DNA of 63,674 bases, the filler included, from Hausera hauseri (lineage: Eukaryota): NCBI GenBank assembly GCA_046269625.1. It is 11 parts of 11 records of this genome, joined end to end, with 100 filler letters (N's around TTAATTAATTAA, not from the genome) between each part and the next. Parts side by side here need not be neighbours in the genome. Positions count along the whole stretch, not along the records: positions 9,748 to 14,288 come from JBJURY010535454.1; positions 14,389 to 22,070 come from JBJURY010000126.1; 9 more parts are not named here. The stretch is one strand, 5' to 3'. The notes beneath the pieces are model-generated. The model did no database searches, was not told the origin of the DNA, and saw only the letters and a program-made list of their open reading frames with translations. Within the stretch, counting starts at the first letter, position 1, and each line of letters opens with the position of its first letter. Of this stretch, positions 10,984 to 22,170 are shown in pieces. The position numbers and the translations under genes were made by a program.

Positions 10984-13900
10984 AATTTTTTCATTGATTT
11001 GCGCCCACCAGTGTGACCATTTTTTGCGCATATGCAGACCCTTCCTGGCTCAAACCATTTTTCATTTTAAAGGGTTTTTAAGCTTAACATCTTTGGATAT
11101 TCCTTTATCCCAATCATCACGTGCCACCGCTAGCCCGGCTATGCACTCGAACCGCTTTTTAACCCAAAAGGTAATCGCCCAAGCCCCCAGCTCATTTCAT
11201 CGCTCCCCTGGGATGACCTCATTACATTTATCTTTCCTGGTCTTTAGCTACAATCAACACATTAAAACCTTACAAGCTCCACTCAACGAGACAGCACAGT
11301 TCTTATATAATGCTTTATCCGCATCACATAACACTTCTGATTTTTATTTCACATATCAAAGGCTTATAATACATCCTTCAGACTCCTTTTTGTCTTTCGT
11401 ATTCCACGAGCTTTCAGACACCTGTCTCATGCTCCATTCTGGCCTACGGGTGGATCGGACTCCGATCCTTCATATGCGGAAAACCTCATTAAGACCAGAT
11501 CTGGTCGTCGTCCTGCCGACCCCACACTAATTACATCTCCAAATCTCTCTTGCACAGATTTATTTCTCGAAAAGACAAATTCGAGTCGTACCTGGTTACA
11601 ATTCCATTTGCAATGGCTTAAGGCCAATCATATCACAGATTCCTTCTTGTGGACGAACAGTTTGTTGCTACTACTTACAGTTAATATCAAGCAGCAAATC
11701 AATAATCTCGCCGACATACTAACCACTACAAATCCTATATGATATGCTTTATGAATCAGTTCTGCACATTACCGACCTATTATTGAAAGCATAATTCAGA
11801 AATACTTTAATGAACATGCCATCGAAAATCAAAAACCATCGGATTTCCTTAAAACTGCAATGTTTCAACTGAGTTCGTTAGGCATCACTCCTATAAACAA
11901 TGACAATCTTCTTCGTCAGTATTTTCTTTCATCCTTGCCGACCTCCATCAGAGCGCTGCTCACTGTAGTAAACGAGTCAACAGCCTTGAAAAGCTCGCCT
12001 TATTGGCAGACAAAAGCTTTGACATTTTGCAGTCTAATAGGTCGCAATTAGTAGCTGCAGCAACCGCTTACACACCTTCACACACAGATAGCACTTCATT
12101 TTCACAACAATTGCAAATGATGCAGCAACAGTTTGACGAGTTACAGTCGATTTTGGCCATTACTACCCAACTAAATAATCTTAATGGGCCTCGACAAAGT
12201 GAAACCAGGCCTTTAAGGAAGAGAAGCATTTCCAGACACTTTGCTCGATTCATGTCACCTGGCGGACGCATGGCTTGTTTCTATCACATGCGATTTCGAA
12301 GGGATACTAGGAAGTGCTTTTTGGGTTGTCGGTTCTATAGAGAACGGTACGCTGTGGACAACCCTATTTGTGTCTACCACAATAAGTTCCAGTCACAGGC
12401 TAGATCATGCGTGTCTGGTTGTAAACATTACAACGATAAATCTCCTCGCTTTTCTTCGTCTTCTTCCTTTTCTCCAAAACATTCAAAAACTAATAATGCC
12501 GCCAGATTTTACGGCACATTCTGGCGCAGGCAATATCGCTCAATCTTCTAGCCGTTTCAACACCGCCTCCGCAGTCTTTCTATTGAAAGCTGTACTGTTA
12601 TGCAGAGATACTTCACATATCAACTTCCTTATAGACCCAGGAGCTGCCTTTTCGCTCCTTCCCTTGTCCTTCGTTCTTACATCGACTATGATTTCCTGTC
12701 CACCGCTTTTCACTGCCAGTGGTCAACGGTTGCACGTTGCAGGAACCACGGAATTGACTTTTACATTCACCAACTTGCCAGATAAGTTTATCTGGAAGTT
12801 CCACGTGGCCAACATTAAATCTCCCATTATAGGCTCAGATTTTCTTGCGCCCCCATGATCTATTGGTCGATTGCAAATACAGCTGTCTTTTAAGCAGGAA
12901 CGCAATTGCAACTCCAAACATGTGGCTGGTAGAAAACTTAGCGAGCAATTCATTGCACTCATCTGTGAACATGTTGAACGCTTCGTCATCTATAAAAACG
13001 TCCGATAAAGTCGGTAATATTTCAATTAACAACAATCATAAATCTATTCTAAAACAAAAATCCAAATTAGCCGTCGACAGTCGCGATGCCAGTTGCTTTT
13101 CGTCAACCACTGGAGCTGTTCTCTCTAATGATATGCCTCATGCATTCTTATCTCTACACTCCGACCTTAAATCATATGTCACAACGTCTTTCTTTCGCAT
13201 AGTTAAAAGGGACGTCAACTTCTAGCCTCCATCCACAACTTATCATCACATAGTAACAGAGCATCAGAGGCCGATCAAACAAAAGGTCAGATCTTTGTCA
13301 CCACGCAGACGTAAAGCTGTTGAACAGGAATTTAATGAACTGGAAAGGTCTGGCATTATTCGGAGATCGAATTCACCGTGGGCCTCTCCTCTTCATATAG
13401 TGGTAAAGAAAGATTGTACCTATAGGCCATGTGGCGACTACCGACAATTAAACAATCTAAATATTACAGATACCTATCCACTACCACTCGTTAAAGATAG
13501 TCTTCATAGCCTCAACAACACCAATGCCTATTCTACCATTGATCTGAACAAGGCCTACCATCAAATTCCTGTTTCCCCTGATGACATTCCAAAAACTGCT
13601 GTCATCACACCATTTAACCTTTACGAATACATCTTCATGCAATTCGGCCTACGTAGTGCATTTCAGACCTTTCAGCGCCACGTTGACACCGTTCTTTCTT
13701 GACTAAATTTTGCTCACCCATACATAGATGACACATTAGTCGCTTCCAGCTCCAGCAAAAAACATCATGAGCACCTTAGAATCATTTTCCACAGATTACA
13801 TCAAAACAACCTGCAAATTAATTTCGCTAAATGTAATTTCTTCCAGAAACGCGTTAACTTCTTAGGCCACATAATTACTCCCGAAGGGCATTCGCCCCAG

Positions 13901-14288
13901 CCTGATCGCTTGCAACAATTAACAAATGTGACGTTGCCAACTATTACTACCGATATGATGAGTTTTCTAGGGTCATCGCATTTCGTACACAAATACGTGC
14001 CACAGTGCTCCGAACTAACGGCACCTTTCGCACATCTCTCATCTGGGAAGAAAAGATAATAAATCCATTGGACTCCCGATCTAGTAAACCAATTTGATCG
14101 CCTTTGTGAAGGTCTGAAAACTGTGGAAATCTTGGCCTTTCCAAAGCCAAAAGCTGAACTAATATTAACTACCGATGCCTAAACCACAGCAACTGGTGCG
14201 ATATTACACCAAATATACAATCGCGTCAATGAACCATTAGAATTCTAATCCCGAAAGCTCACTCAATCGGAAAGCCGATACTGAATAT
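10969..14288 (+). mobile_element. Degenerate Ty3/Gypsy element (gag-pro-RT-RNaseH start)
   Basis: gag: KPSDFL..YFLSSLPTSIRALL and two CxYHxxF..CxxGC motifs. Protease: FLIDPGA, IIGSDFL. RT: SPWASPL, RPCGDYRQLN, YIDD. RNase H start: TTDA. Many stops and frameshifts. Confidence 0.9.
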
Positions 14289-15358
14289 NNNNNNNNNNNN
14301 NNNNNNNNNNNNNNNNNNNNNNNNNNNNNNNNTTAATTAATTAANNNNNNNNNNNNNNNNNNNNNNNNNNNNNNNNNNNNNNNNNNNNGGGAGAAAACAA
14401 AACCTTGTAATGCAGACGAGACACATCCTGTGACAGATGAAATCTGATCCGTCCTTCTCTGAGGACGTCTTTGTCTCCCTGGACCCGTCTTGCAAAATGT
14501 GGATCCTGAGACTCTGACACCTCAACCCCTTCGTGGACCCGATACAGGACTGCCTCTGACAGAGTCTAACAAACTGCAGAGAATAAACAGGTCTGTCCAG
14601 GATCTGTCAGGTCTGCTAGTGAAGGTTCATTCCAGGGTGATGTTCTGGTTCTCCTCTGCCTGATAGGAGCTCTGGCTCACATTCACTACAAATGTTGCTG
14701 CTGGAGAGACGAATAGGGAAAGAGAGGATCAGAAACACTAAGAATTGGAACTCGTCTACAGAGACCAAAATACCACAAGAACTGAATATTTCTTTGGAGT
14801 GAAACTGAAGGTCCAAACTGCCCACAGATATGAGGGGAGGATGAGGAGCAGCAGCAGCTTCATCCTGGGAGAGGAGACACGACACATCAGGTCAAAGATC
14901 TGCTGGACTCTCACAGTTTTTATTGATTGTTTTGACGCAGCCTTCAACTCAAAATCCACATTTTCAAAACAGTTAACGCAGAGCCTGGAACAGTGCCACA
15001 GTGGTCAAAACACAACATTTTGTTTGCAAAAGGCACTAACTCTGGCAAAACATTTAAAATATGGAACAAAGGCAAATTTTGCCTTCAACCACTCAACTTT
15101 GACACAACTTTATGAGCACCTCCAATCAGTCATTACACACCGGGCAACAAAATACAAAACGTTGGTTACGTATTGTAACCCCAGATTCTATGAGTGTAAG
15201 CGTAGCCCTCTAAGGCTGTCGCTGATGGGTACCCCCCGCGCTCGCGCGCATTCTGAAGAACCAATAGTCTACGCCCACGTACCGTGTGGCCCCACCTACG
15301 GTCCCCTTAAAAAGGCAGACCGGACCGGAGGTCAGCTCCCTCAATTTTCTTCAGCTTC

Positions 15359-16795
15359 GTGACCAGTAGCTACGAAACCACAAGAAGGATGTCAACGAGG
15401 ATCTGCTCCGCCTGCGGCGTCGGCTTTATGCTGGCCAGCGACCTGCATGTGGTGTGCGAAGGCTGCCTCGGCGCCGACCACGCCAACCAGGCTTTGGCAG
15501 CGGACGCTGCCTGCCGGGCTTGCAGGAAGCTCTCTTTGGAAGAGAAGCAGCGGCGAGTGGAGTTCTTCGCGGGTCAAGACGAAGGCTTCGACCTTGGTGA
15601 CGTCGACGAAGACCTCTTCTGTTTCGAACCGGAATCGGATGATCCCGCTTCGGACAGAGAGGACGAGGAGAGTGGCGGTCCGGTCCCCCCCTCTCAGGCG
15701 GGAGCGCGGGATGCGGGCCCCCGAGCGGAGAACGAACCTAGGGAGCTAGGTCTTCCCCGTTCCACCACCACCTCCTTACCTTCCATCGGTGCGCTTGTCG
15801 GCGCCCTCCCGGACATCATCCAGCGGGCAGCGGACGCCAGAGGCCTGGCGGTCCCTGAAGTATTGGCTCCCCCACCGGACGAGCTGGCGGGCCAGTTCGC
15901 GTCTCCCCTTGCTGGTCGTCGGATGGCGGTCTGGCCGCAGTTCCCCGTGGTCCAGACCTACTTGGCCTCCGCCAACACCGACCCCACCAAACTCCGGGCT
16001 CCGGTGTCGACCTACGCGGACATAACAAAGGTGGAAGGGATGACCAACTCCGGTTTCCCGCCGGTTCCAGGATTGGAACCCGCGTTGTCCAGAGTGTTCG
16101 GCGTGGAAGCGGTCAGGTCCGCCGGACGGCGGCCTGTCCCTCAGAACCCGGCGGACCAACAACTTGTCAACTGGACGGACAGGTCCCACCAGTGTGCGGC
16201 GCAGTCGGCGGCCGCTACCAACAACATCGCTCTCCTGGCCTTCAGCATTTCTAAAAGAGCGGCGGAGAGCGACGCCCGGCAGGAGGAGAAGATGGAGCTC
16301 TGTGCGGCGGCGGACACCATTTTGAACCTGTGTGCTGCACAGGCAGTGTGTGCCTCCCGCATTATGGCATGGATGAATCTGGTCCAGAGGCAGATGTGGC
16401 TGCGCCAGGCTCCGTCCATCTCAACCGCCATCCAGAAGCAAATGTTGGAGGGCCCTATCACTCCTGACGGTCTCTTCGGCCCTCAGTACCAACAGCTCCT
16501 GGAACACATCAACACCTCGCAGACGGTGCAGGAACAGTTCCAGCAGTCGCGGTCCAGACCGGCTCATCGTCAGGCTCCGGCCGCTGGGAATTGGAAGGAT
16601 CGCCGTGGACACCGGCAGCAGAACCGGCGGGTTCATTCCTCTGCGCCTCGGCCTCCTTCAGCTCCGGCACCGGCGACGGTGACTGCGACTCAACCCCGCC
16701 CACAGCAGCAGCGAGCCCCCCGGCGTGCGTCCGGGCAGCTGGCGTGCACTTGGTCCAACCCCTCTCCTCCACCACAGAAGAGGCAGAGGAAATGA
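15359..16795 (+). CDS. DIRS ORF1 (gag-like)
   Basis: N-terminal CSACG..H..C..CLG..H..CRAC, plus GLFGP. Typical ORF1 position. Confidence 0.8.
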   Translation: MTSSYETTRRMSTRICSACGVGFMLASDLHVVCEGCLGADHANQALAADAACRACRKLSLEEKQRRVEFFAGQDEGFDLGDVDEDLFCFEPESDDPASDREDEESGGPVPPSQAGARDAGPRAENEPRELGLPRSTTTSLPSIGALVGALPDIIQRAADARGLAVPEVLAPPPDELAGQFASPLAGRRMAVWPQFPVVQTYLASANTDPTKLRAPVSTYADITKVEGMTNSGFPPVPGLEPALSRVFGVEAVRSAGRRPVPQNPADQQLVNWTDRSHQCAAQSAAATNNIALLAFSISKRAAESDARQEEKMELCAAADTILNLCAAQAVCASRIMAWMNLVQRQMWLRQAPSISTAIQKQMLEGPITPDGLFGPQYQQLLEHINTSQTVQEQFQQSRSRPAHRQAPAAGNWKDRRGHRQQNRRVHSSAPRPPSAPAPATVTATQPRPQQQRAPRRASGQLACTWSNPSPPPQKRQRK

Positions 16796-16810
16796 CTGGC
16801 GGGGGGGGAA

Positions 16811-19800
16811 ATGTGTGACAAATGTGATTTTGTGACTTGTGTTAATAAAAATAAACATCTTCCCCTAAAGAGCTTATTCCTTACACAAGTGCCGTCTTCA
16901 GTCAGGTCATCGGACTCTGTCTGTCACACACATGTTTCCCCCACTATGCGTGAGGCTAAGCCCGCTAAGCTAATGCTTAGCCGGCACCTGAGTTTCACCA
17001 AACACGATCATAAAAGGTTTTCACCTTCAAATTTGGTTTGTCAGAGCCACTCCGCCTCCGGGCGGCCGGCGTACCCGCCGGATGATCCTTTTTCACTTCA
17101 CCGTCAATCAGCGGACGTAAGTGAAGACAGGTGGCACAAGCCTTGTCACGAACAAGGCCGCTCTGACCCCGCCCACCCGCAACTTGAATCCGCCAATCAC
17201 GGCAGTGCGATGGACACTGTGCCTTTTTCGGCGGAAACAAGCGCGGGTTCGGCTCCGCTCTTTCACCCGAAACAGTTTGCTCTGTTTTCCGGACCAAATC
17301 AGCAGAAGTCCTGTGGCACTTCTGCACAGCCCTTTCGGGAACAGCCTCCCATGGGTCACAGGAGAGAGCGTGACGGCGGCAGAGGCTTACAGTGTTGTTG
17401 CACCATCCACCCAGCAGGCGGCGCATGCGCGTGCTCTCTCAGAGCGCAGCGCGGTCTGGGAAAACACCTGTTCTATGAACAAGTGGATGAAAGGTTTAAT
17501 AAGGGCTGGTTACAGACTGCAGTTTGCGACCACGCCTCCCCGGTTCCGCGGGATCCTGGAGACCCGGCTCTCGTCTACACGACAGGAGCTCGCTCTTCAG
17601 GCAGAGATTCAGGAACTGCTGGACAAGGAAGTTGTCTCCAGAGTTCCTGCCGGAGAGGAATGCGAGGGTTTTTATTCCCGGTATTTCCTTGTTCCAAAAA
17701 AATCGGGTGCAATGAGACCGATTCTGGACCTTTCCCTCTTCAACAAATGCATAATGAAGAGGCCGTTTCACATGTTAACAACCAAACAAGTGCTTACATG
17801 TGTGCGGGAAGGCGATTGGTTCACATCAATCGACCTGAAAGACGCATATTTTCATGTCCCGATCATTCCGGCGCACAGAAAATATCTGCGTTTCTCTTTT
17901 CAGAGGATTCAGTACCAGTACAACCGACTTCCTTTCGGTTACGCTCTGGCACCACGCACTTTTTCCAAATGCGTAGAGACTGCTCTGCAGCCTCTGCGCT
18001 CAGCAGGAATAAGAGTGCTGTTTTATCTGGACGACCTGCTCCTGCTGGCCCCGTCCAGACAGGATGCGGTGTCACAGACGGAGAAACTGCTAGCACACCT
18101 AAGGATGCTGGGGTTCTCCATAAACTGGGAAAAAAGTTCCCTCGTCCCGGCCCAAGTCATCACGTACTTGGGGGTGGACCTGGACTCAGTCTCCATGACA
18201 GCGAGACTGACCCAACACAGAAAACAGACTCTGATGACTCTGTTAAATCATGTCAGACCCCGCAGATCGGTGACGGCCCTAACCATCATGCGCCTGCTGG
18301 GCATGATGGCAGCAGCCCACACCGTGGTCCCGCTGGGCCTCCTACACACCAGAAGACTGCAGCGGTGGTTTGTGCGGCAAAAGATCGATCCAATTCGCCA
18401 CAAGCGCAGGATTGTAACGATCCCTTCCTCAGTGGAGGCGGATCTGCGCCACTGGAGGAAGCCGCACACATTGTCAGTGGGAGTCCCTCTGAGGAGCGTG
18501 ACGCATCACGTGCCGGTTTTCACGGACGCGTCACTGACGGGTTGGGGGGGGACGTGTCTATCTCAGACAGTGGGAGATCGTTGGTCTCTCCACCCCCTCC
18601 CTCACATAAACGTTCTGGAGTTACTGACAGTGGGAAAAGTACTCATGCATTTCGTCCACCTGGTTCGGGGCCAACATGTTCTGGTCCATACGGACAACAA
18701 GGTGGCGGCTGCTTACATCAACCGCCAGGGGGGGGTGCGCTCCCGTCAGCTGTTGGACGCAGCCAGACAGCTTCATCTCTGGGCACACACTCACCTGCGC
18801 TCAATCCGAGCGGTGTACATCCCCGGTGTGTTGAACAGGGGAGCGGACATCATGTCCAGAGGGGGTCCTCAGGATGGGGACTGGGCCTTACACACGACCA
18901 CAGTTACGCTAATCTGGGACAGATTCGGGGAAGCGGAAGTGGACTTGTTCGCCAGCAGAGAAAACGCACAGTGCAGCCTGTGGTTCTCTCTGAGTTCTCG
19001 GGACAATCCTCCTCTGGGAGTGGACGCCTTTGCGCACCGTCCTTGGCCGAACAAGGTGCTTTATGCTTTTCCACCAGTCCCACTGATTCCGCGTCTGCTG
19101 GACCGGATCAGAGAAGACCGGCACCTGGTGATTCTGGTGGCTCCAAGGCGCACGGGTGCGCACTGGTTTCCAGCTCTCCAGTCCTTGCTGTCGGGGTCGC
19201 CTCTGCAGCTTCCCTGGCGGAGGAACGCCCTCCTACAGGCGGGGGGAGCGATCACGAGCTTCCCGGTGCTGGGTCAGCCCCTCTGGGTCTGGCCGCTGAA
19301 CGGGAACGTCTGGTGAACCTGGGTTTGTCCGCTGCGGTGGTGCGCACCATTCAGGATGCGCGCGCAGCCTCCACGGTTTCTTCTTACGCAGCCAAGTGGT
19401 CATCTTTCCAGCATTGGTGTGCGGGAAAAAACACAGACCCAGTGTCATGTCCTTTGTCCTGCATTTTGTCTTTTTTACAGACTTTAATGGACAGAGGTTT
19501 AGCTTTCAGCACCGTTAAAACGTATGCTGCAGCAATTTCCTCCTGTCACGAAGGTTTTGGTGACAGGACGGTTTTCAATCATCCGTTGGTGAAACGTTTT
19601 CTGAAGGGCGTGCGCAGGCATAGACCTGTTACGCGCACGCTCGTGCCACAATGGGATCTGACACTGGTGTTACGCGCTCTGACAAAGGCTCCCTTTGAAC
19701 CTTTAGAGCAAGTGTCACTTAAGTTTCTGTCACAGAAAACGGCGCTGCTGCTAGCATTAACATCAGCGAAAAGAGTGAGTGAGCTTTCTGCTTTGTCGGT

Positions 19801-20338
19801 CTCTCCCTCCTGTCTCAGGATACGGGAGGACGGTGGTTCGGCCGTTTTACGTCCCAACCCGGCTTTTACGCCAAAAAGCATCACAAGCTCTTACAGTTCC
19901 AGAGTCATAACTCTGGAGGGGTTTTTTCCTCCTCCTCATAGTTCAGAGGAAGAGGCTTCTTCGCACCGTTTATGTCCGGTGCGCGCGCTCTCGTGTTATG
20001 TGGCGCGCACTGCGGAAATAAGACGCTCTCAGTGTCTGTTTGTGCACTACAGGGAACAGTCTGCAGGACAAGCTCTGTCTTCACAGAGGCTGTCACATTG
20101 GATCTGTGAGGCAATATCGCAGGCTTATTCCTCGTCAGGTGTGCAGCCTCCAGCTGTACTGTCAGCTCACTCCACAAGGGGCATCTCTTCTTCCTCCGCT
20201 CTGTACAGCGGACTGTCAGTCCAGGAAATCTGCTCCGCAGCTTCCTGGTCATCCCCTTGTCCTTTTATCCGTTTTTATCTGCGGGATGTCTCAAGTTCCT
20301 CTCTGACTCACTCTGTTCTCAGGAGTTTGTCAGATTAA
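16811..20338 (+). CDS. DIRS tyrosine recombinase ORF (catalytic domain ~19300-20338)
   Basis: Motifs SAKRVSEL, LCPVRAL, HSTRG and W...F.RFY. Overlaps the RT ORF in another frame. Confidence 0.88.
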   Translation: MCDKCDFVTCVNKNKHLPLKSLFLTQVPSSVRSSDSVCHTHVSPTMREAKPAKLMLSRHLSFTKHDHKRFSPSNLVCQSHSASGRPAYPPDDPFSLHRQSADVSEDRWHKPCHEQGRSDPAHPQLESANHGSAMDTVPFSAETSAGSAPLFHPKQFALFSGPNQQKSCGTSAQPFREQPPMGHRRERDGGRGLQCCCTIHPAGGACACSLRAQRGLGKHLFYEQVDERFNKGWLQTAVCDHASPVPRDPGDPALVYTTGARSSGRDSGTAGQGSCLQSSCRRGMRGFLFPVFPCSKKIGCNETDSGPFPLQQMHNEEAVSHVNNQTSAYMCAGRRLVHINRPERRIFSCPDHSGAQKISAFLFSEDSVPVQPTSFRLRSGTTHFFQMRRDCSAASALSRNKSAVLSGRPAPAGPVQTGCGVTDGETASTPKDAGVLHKLGKKFPRPGPSHHVLGGGPGLSLHDSETDPTQKTDSDDSVKSCQTPQIGDGPNHHAPAGHDGSSPHRGPAGPPTHQKTAAVVCAAKDRSNSPQAQDCNDPFLSGGGSAPLEEAAHIVSGSPSEERDASRAGFHGRVTDGLGGDVSISDSGRSLVSPPPPSHKRSGVTDSGKSTHAFRPPGSGPTCSGPYGQQGGGCLHQPPGGGALPSAVGRSQTASSLGTHSPALNPSGVHPRCVEQGSGHHVQRGSSGWGLGLTHDHSYANLGQIRGSGSGLVRQQRKRTVQPVVLSEFSGQSSSGSGRLCAPSLAEQGALCFSTSPTDSASAGPDQRRPAPGDSGGSKAHGCALVSSSPVLAVGVASAASLAEERPPTGGGSDHELPGAGSAPLGLAAERERLVNLGLSAAVVRTIQDARAASTVSSYAAKWSSFQHWCAGKNTDPVSCPLSCILSFLQTLMDRGLAFSTVKTYAAAISSCHEGFGDRTVFNHPLVKRFLKGVRRHRPVTRTLVPQWDLTLVLRALTKAPFEPLEQVSLKFLSQKTALLLALTSAKRVSELSALSVSPSCLRIREDGGSAVLRPNPAFTPKSITSSYSSRVITLEGFFPPPHSSEEEASSHRLCPVRALSCYVARTAEIRRSQCLFVHYREQSAGQALSSQRLSHWICEAISQAYSSSGVQPPAVLSAHSTRGISSSSALYSGLSVQEICSAASWSSPCPFIRFYLRDVSSSSLTHSVLRSLSD
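17121..19316 (+). CDS. DIRS RT-RNase H-methyltransferase-like ORF
   Basis: Motifs RPILDL, IDLKDAYFH, LPFG, YLDD, TDAS, HINVLEL, DLFAS and YAFPP. Confidence 0.93.
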   Translation: MKTGGTSLVTNKAALTPPTRNLNPPITAVRWTLCLFRRKQARVRLRSFTRNSLLCFPDQISRSPVALLHSPFGNSLPWVTGESVTAAEAYSVVAPSTQQAAHARALSERSAVWENTCSMNKWMKGLIRAGYRLQFATTPPRFRGILETRLSSTRQELALQAEIQELLDKEVVSRVPAGEECEGFYSRYFLVPKKSGAMRPILDLSLFNKCIMKRPFHMLTTKQVLTCVREGDWFTSIDLKDAYFHVPIIPAHRKYLRFSFQRIQYQYNRLPFGYALAPRTFSKCVETALQPLRSAGIRVLFYLDDLLLLAPSRQDAVSQTEKLLAHLRMLGFSINWEKSSLVPAQVITYLGVDLDSVSMTARLTQHRKQTLMTLLNHVRPRRSVTALTIMRLLGMMAAAHTVVPLGLLHTRRLQRWFVRQKIDPIRHKRRIVTIPSSVEADLRHWRKPHTLSVGVPLRSVTHHVPVFTDASLTGWGGTCLSQTVGDRWSLHPLPHINVLELLTVGKVLMHFVHLVRGQHVLVHTDNKVAAAYINRQGGVRSRQLLDAARQLHLWAHTHLRSIRAVYIPGVLNRGADIMSRGGPQDGDWALHTTTVTLIWDRFGEAEVDLFASRENAQCSLWFSLSSRDNPPLGVDAFAHRPWPNKVLYAFPPVPLIPRLLDRIREDRHLVILVAPRRTGAHWFPALQSLLSGSPLQLPWRRNALLQAGGAITSFPVLGQPLWVWPLNGNVW

Positions 20339-20860
20339 TGCATTGTGTTTGAAAAGGAAGATGAGACAACAGCAGACAACCCCCGGAACAATTATTCATG
20401 CATAATAAGTTCCTTACACACTGGGGTTTTTTCGTTTATTATGGATTCATGAGATGTCACAGAGATCTATGTGTAACAAGCTGATTTGTTCAAACAGAAT
20501 CTACTGTGATCATCATGTGGTGTGATACATCACTGGGGGTGTAGAGCGGAATTCTGTTAAGCCGGCGAGGCGCGGACTACATCGGGCTCCGCCTCTATAC
20601 CCATCAGCGACAGCCTTAGAGGGCGGAGCTTACACGAAATAGAACGTTGGTTACGTATTGTAACCCCAGATTCTATGAGTGTAAGCGTAGCCCTCTAAGC
20701 GCTTGGCCTCACCGGCTTCCAAAGCTGAAGAAAAAGCTTTTTCGGGAGCTGATCTCCGGTCCGGTCTGCCTTTATGGGGACCATAGGTGGGGCCACACGG
20801 TACGTGGGCGTAGACTATTGGTTCTTCAGAATGATTGTTCCGTTTCTTCTTCTTCTTTAG

Positions 20861-21683
20861 CCGCCAAAGACTAAAAAGAAAGGCAGGAGAGGACAGCTGT
20901 CCGTGGCGACAGGCAGCTTCTCCACAGAGGAGATGTCAAAGGATCAGGTGAGACTGCTCAGGATGCTAACAGCTAATTCAGGTTATAATCAATTCACTCA
21001 GTACATAAACCACATGTGGGCCCCTGAGACCTGACCCGTGACCCCTGAGACTTTAGAGTTCTGTGACCCAGGACCGACCCGTCCTTCAGAATACTGATGT
21101 AATCTGGTGTCCCTGCACCTGGAGGGGCAGATCGTTCTCCTCCGGGAGGAGCTGGAGCAGGTGCGCGAGGAGAGGCGACACTTCCAGCTGGAGCAAGACC
21201 GGTTCCGGGCCTTCTGGGAGGTCTCCAAGAGGAAACTGGAGGAGGCCAAGGCCCAGCTGAGCAACCGGGTCAGGGAGAGGGAGGAGGCTGAGGAGCGCTA
21301 CAGAGTGAGTCTCCTCCTCCTCACTGACCTCTCCTTCTCCTCAGAATAAGGTGGTGGAGATGATGAAGATGGGCAGAGAGTACGAGCACAAACTCAAAGG
21401 TTGGTTTTGGTTCTGGTCCTCCTGGTCCAGTGGACCCGTTAAGCTGACCTGCTGGTTCTGATGGATTTCCTCAGAGATGGAGCAGAAGTTCCACCGCAGG
21501 ATGTGGACCCTGACTGAGGAAGAGGAAAAGAGGAGGAGGAGCGCTGTCATGGAGGTGGAGGACAGGATGAGGAGCCGGGAGGAGTCTCTGATCCAGGACC
21601 AGGACCGAGCGCTGAGACGAGCCCAAGAGTTCTACTCTGGAGTCCAGGACAAGCAGCTGAAGGACCTGAACCAGCTGAAGAAG
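20861..21683 (+). CDS. gas8: GAS8/DRC4-like exons (20861-20947, 21119-21304, ~21345-21399, ~21475-21683), possibly a pseudogene
   Basis: EEMSKDQ, LREELEQVREERRHFQLEQDRFRAFWEVSKRKLEE and EMEQKF..RRRSAVMEVEDR align by eye with GAS8. One acceptor reads CAC instead of CAG. Confidence 0.75.
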
Positions 21684-22170
21684 CTGAATGACTTCGTTAA
21701 CGACTTAACCTTCATCCGCGACGTTGCTAAAATCAAACAGGTGGGTCTGAAGGGGGAGGGGGGATCTGCTGACATTTTCTCATCCAGTTTGAGCTGAGCT
21801 GGTTCAGAAGAACTTAGAGAAACGGGAAAAATCCCATCATAGGATCACCAATTAAAGGGGCAGTGTTTTAGCGTCACATCATCTTATGTTGTTCCCTCAT
21901 CAAAAACAAAACCTGGAGCGTTGATGTGATTCTTTCACGCTAGTTTGTGAAATCCTTTAATCTCCATGGCAACCATTCAGCTGTGCAAAACGCCTGGGAG
22001 AAGCGAGCCCCGCCTTCGAGACGCAGCTCCTCCTCAGAGAGGCGGCTTCAGCCTCACAGAGCAGCGCTCANNNNNNNNNNNNNNNNNNNNNNNNNNNNNN
22101 NNNNNNNNNNNNNNTTAATTAATTAANNNNNNNNNNNNNNNNNNNNNNNNNNNNNNNNNNNNNNNNNNNN

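Larger units (their letters stand above)
15158..20833 (+). mobile_element. DIRS1-type tyrosine-recombinase retrotransposon (teleost-like)
   Basis: gag, RT-RNaseH-MT and overlapping YR ORFs. Inverted repeat 15249-15340 / 20744-20833. ICR-like block 20598-20699. Confidence 0.93.

Noticed and set aside
10862-11530. 222-aa ORF
   Set aside because: It spans the PBS and leader of the Gypsy relic and has no protein motifs. Likely spurious.
14745-15362. 205-aa ORF
   Set aside because: It reads through flanking DNA into the DIRS terminal repeat and has no domain.
16811-19300. Long dual-frame overlap as a novel overlapping gene
   Set aside because: Overlap of the YR and RT ORFs is a known DIRS1 property.
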